A stretch of 64,000 nt of DNA. Origin: Sedimenticolaceae bacterium (lineage in GTDB: Bacteria; Pseudomonadota; Gammaproteobacteria; Chromatiales; Chromatiaceae). The notes beneath the pieces were generated by a model. It worked only from the letters and a program-made list of their open reading frames with translations. It did no database searches and was not told the origin of the DNA. The DNA lies in the NCBI GenBank assembly GCA_050291465.1, contig JBNKJV010000009.1, forward strand, positions 52,442 to 116,441. Reading direction: 5' to 3'. Numbering within the stretch: position 1 is the first letter of the stretch; every line of letters begins with the position of its first letter. The position numbers were made by a program, and so were the translations under genes. This document shows, piece after piece, positions 61,602 to 64,000 of the stretch.

Positions 61602-61621
61602 GCGGGCGCAGCCCACCCTAC
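61602..61621. repeat. REP-like GC-rich hairpin between convergent nfi and sufE
   Basis: GCGGGC-GCA-GCCCACCCTAC. It shares the GGGC-loop-GCCC(C)ACC(CT) pattern with the elements at 8794-8812, 8914-8933 and 45398-45418. Confidence 0.3.
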
Positions 61622-61654
61622 TTCTAACTTTGAACTACTGACCACTGAAAACTG

Positions 61655-62119
61655 TTAGCTGTTAGCTATTACCTGAATTCGGCTGTCTTTTTCGTTCGCC
61701 GCGAAGTCCGCCAACCCCTCAGCCTGCGACTTCATCAGATCCACGATGGCGTATATGCCGACATGGCGATTGGGGCTGAGGTGTTCCGCCAACTGCAAAC
61801 GCTCGAAGAAGTGATCCACATCGAAGGTCAAGACCTCCTCGCGGGTGCGTCCGGACAGAAGCTGTACGAGCAGGGCCACAACACCTTTGATCACTGCCGT
61901 GTCGCTATACCCAAGGTATCTGATCCGTTCCAGGTGCTCCGCATCGGGGAAGGCGTATACCCACACCCGGCTCATGCACGCTTTAACACGGTTTTCTTCG
62001 ACCCGCTGTGATTCCGGCATCTCCGGCAGCTGCTCCCCCAGTTCCACAAGATAGGCATACCGCTCATCCCAGTCGCCCAGCAGTTCGAGGCTCTCCGCAA
62101 TCTGTTCCAGATCGACCAT
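61655..62119 (-). CDS. sufE: cysteine desulfuration (sulfur acceptor) protein SufE
   Basis: 154-aa ORF with LLGDWDERYAYLVELG and the acceptor-Cys region (KACMSRVWV). Confidence 0.88.
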   Translation of the reverse strand: MVDLEQIAESLELLGDWDERYAYLVELGEQLPEMPESQRVEENRVKACMSRVWVYAFPDAEHLERIRYLGYSDTAVIKGVVALLVQLLSGRTREEVLTFDVDHFFERLQLAEHLSPNRHVGIYAIVDLMKSQAEGLADFAANEKDSRIQVIANS

Positions 62120-62126
62120 CGCTGCC

Positions 62127-62450
62127 TCAGGTATTGAACGATTCGCCGCAACCGCAACTGTTTTTCACATTGGGATTATCGAACGTGAACCCCTCACCCA
62201 GGGAATTTTTCAGATAGTCCACAACGGTGCCGTCCAGTCTGGTCAGACTATCGTTATCCACCACCACCTTGACACCGTTGCTCTCGAATACCTGGTCGGT
62301 CTCGGCTATTTCATCCGCATATTCGACGCTGTAGACGAAGCCGCTGCAGCCGCTTCGTTCCGTTCCTACCCGCAGACCGACACCCTGTCCGCGTTTCCGG
62401 ATCATCTGCCGGACATGGTGTGCCGCATTTTCTGTGAGTCGTATGGCCAT
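62127..62450 (-). CDS. sufA: A-type Fe-S cluster carrier (HesB/IscA/SufA family)
   Basis: 107-aa ORF with GCSGF and the C-terminal CGCGESF motif. Confidence 0.88.
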   Translation of the reverse strand: MAIRLTENAAHHVRQMIRKRGQGVGLRVGTERSGCSGFVYSVEYADEIAETDQVFESNGVKVVVDNDSLTRLDGTVVDYLKNSLGEGFTFDNPNVKNSCGCGESFNT

Positions 62451-62477
62451 TTCTGTTACCTCCTTGGGAACACCTGG

Positions 62478-62858
62478 TTAGTCAAGCCCCAACTGCAGCC
62501 GGGCGGCATCGCTCATTCGCTCCCTGCTCCAGGGCGGATCCCACACAAGCTCCACATCAACCCGGTTTGCACCGGAAAATTCCTGCACCGCCTTTTTTAC
62601 CTGTAGGGGCAGAATTTCCGCCACCGGACAGGCTGGAGCGGTCAGGGTCATACGAATATCCACGCTCCCATCAGTATCGATCTCAAGGTCGTATATCAGG
62701 CCCAGATCAAAGATATTGACCGGGATCTCGGGATCAAAGACTGTTTTCAGGGCGGCAATCACCGACTCCTCGGTAACGTTTCCGCCGCCCTCCCTCCGGT
62801 CGGTTCTTGTGTTCCGCTGTTCGTCGCTGCGACGCGCTAGCCGAGCAAGCCTGAACAT
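62478..62858 (-). CDS. sufT: SufT-like DUF59 Fe-S assembly protein
   Basis: 126-aa ORF with the FDPEIPVNIFDLGLIYD and LTAPACP motifs. A strong AAGGAGGAG Shine-Dalgarno overlaps the sufD stop. Confidence 0.82.
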   Translation of the reverse strand: MFRLARLARRSDEQRNTRTDRREGGGNVTEESVIAALKTVFDPEIPVNIFDLGLIYDLEIDTDGSVDIRMTLTAPACPVAEILPLQVKKAVQEFSGANRVDVELVWDPPWSRERMSDAARLQLGLD

Positions 62859-62860
62859 CC

Positions 62861-64000
62861 TTACTCCTCCTTTTCCCCTGCCGGAATCAGCCGCTGACGC
62901 AGTTGCCGTTGCGTATGTTCACGCAACGGGGGATAACGTATTGCATCCAATATTTCGCCGGCGAAGGCTTCGCACAACATCTGACGTGCATCTTCTTCAC
63001 CCAGTCCTCTGGCACGCAGATAGAAGAGCATTTCATCATCCAGTTGACCCACGGTTGTGCCGTGACTGCAGACCACGTCGTCGGCAAATATCTCCAGTTG
63101 CGGTTTGCTGTCCACCTCCGCGTTGCGGGAGAGCAGCAGGTTGTCGTTGGAGAGTCTCGCATCACTTTGTTGCGCCTGCTTGTCCACCAGTATCCGACCA
63201 TCGAATACCGCCCTCCCTGAGCCGTGTAGGATACCCTTGAAGCGTTCTCTGCTGGTGCACCCGGGAACCTGGTGGCGTATATCCAGATGGATATCGGTCA
63301 ACTGCTCGTCACCGCACACATATAGCCCATCCAACTGTGCCTCCGCACCTTTACCGGCGAAAGTCAGGGTGAGTTCCGTTCGTGTCCAGGCCGCTCCACC
63401 CGTTGCGGTGACCAAATGGTAGCTGCTCGCGCGTTCCTGTCGTACGTGAAGCCCCGCCATATGCCGGGCGTTCGGGAGTTCTTCCTCTTGGCGATAATGC
63501 TCGAGTCGAGAATCACTACGCAGCAGTATCTCTGCCACCATGTTGGAAAAATAATGGGGCTGACCTATTGAGCCGAAGCGCTCCACCAGAACCGCTTCCG
63601 CCCCTTCCTCCAGCACCACCATCACCCTAGGCAGGGTTAAGAGCGATCGAGCCTCTTCCGTTGCCAGGTGCAACAGCTCAATGGGATGCTCCAAACACAG
63701 ACCGGCGGGAATCTGAATATAGACACCTTCCTGGAGAAACGCCGTGTTCAGGGCGGCAAAGATATGGGACTCCGGCCCGGAGATCTCCCCCGGCCGGAAG
63801 GCAAGACGCCCCTCAAGGATCGCCTGCCTGAGGGATCCTGCCCATACCCCCTGCGGCAGCGTGTTGCTGCGGGAGAACTCTTCCGACCAACACCCGTCAA
63901 CCAGGACAAGGTGATGGGCATCGGCCTGCAGTGGTACGGCACTACGCCGGGCTGTTGATTTCGCCGGGCCCGCGGGCACCTCAAGACCCTTTGCCAACAG
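62861..64000 (-). CDS. sufD: Fe-S cluster assembly protein SufD (N-terminus probably beyond the window edge)
   Basis: FADDVVCSHGTTVGQLDDEMLFYLRARGL is the SufD C-terminal signature. The reading frame is still open at nt 64000, and 378 aa is short for SufD. Confidence 0.88.
   Translation of the reverse strand: MLAKGLEVPAGPAKSTARRSAVPLQADAHHLVLVDGCWSEEFSRSNTLPQGVWAGSLRQAILEGRLAFRPGEISGPESHIFAALNTAFLQEGVYIQIPAGLCLEHPIELLHLATEEARSLLTLPRVMVVLEEGAEAVLVERFGSIGQPHYFSNMVAEILLRSDSRLEHYRQEEELPNARHMAGLHVRQERASSYHLVTATGGAAWTRTELTLTFAGKGAEAQLDGLYVCGDEQLTDIHLDIRHQVPGCTSRERFKGILHGSGRAVFDGRILVDKQAQQSDARLSNDNLLLSRNAEVDSKPQLEIFADDVVCSHGTTVGQLDDEMLFYLRARGLGEEDARQMLCEAFAGEILDAIRYPPLREHTQRQLRQRLIPAGEKEE

Noticed and set aside
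61634-61660. Tandem TGTTAGC TGTTAGC repeat
   Set aside because: There are only two copies, overlapping the sufE stop region. It is not a CRISPR or satellite array.

Overview
This 64-kb window looks like a GC-rich gammaproteobacterial chromosome segment, roughly 55-63% G+C by hand counts. It is almost entirely housekeeping genes, and most genes within each block abut or overlap by 1-4 nt.

The synteny blocks match those known from E. coli and Pseudomonas:
- fmt-def, divergent from tsaP-like-dprA-smg-topA-purE-tsaC
- hemB-aroE
- prlC and ubiD
- hemCDXY preceded by algZ-algR, divergent from argH
- cyaA-lptM-dapF-DUF484-xerC
- hslVU behind a textbook sigma-32 promoter
- DUF971-ubiE-ubiJ-ubiB
- yibQ-ctpA-envC-gpmI, divergent from arsR-rhodanese-secB-gpsA
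- trmL, a pyrD-like gene and nfi
- The distal part of a suf operon

I found no rRNA, tRNA, CRISPR array, transposase or phage gene. xerC is the only recombinase, and it sits in its housekeeping context.

The only clearly accessory DNA is about 45.4-48.5 kb. It carries three minus-strand genes of unknown function:
- A 438-aa multi-pass membrane protein in a sharply AT-rich islet
- A DUF815-type AAA+ ATPase
- A 134-aa helical protein

This is my best candidate for an undescribed system, but the sequence alone does not reveal what it does.

Secondary points of interest:
- A FIST (NosP-like) sensor paired with a GAF histidine kinase
- A PAS protein with a degenerate GGDEF motif (NENQF) 19 nt upstream of class I cyaA
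- A cNMP-binding-like/HDOD protein
- A LemA + GIDE pair with a canonical EF-hand loop
- A Kv-type channel with a C-terminal zinc ribbon
- An orphan minus-strand terminator that implies a small RNA

Several ORF-track entries are long codon-aligned antisense ORFs (up to 1003 aa). I reject them as products of codon bias.
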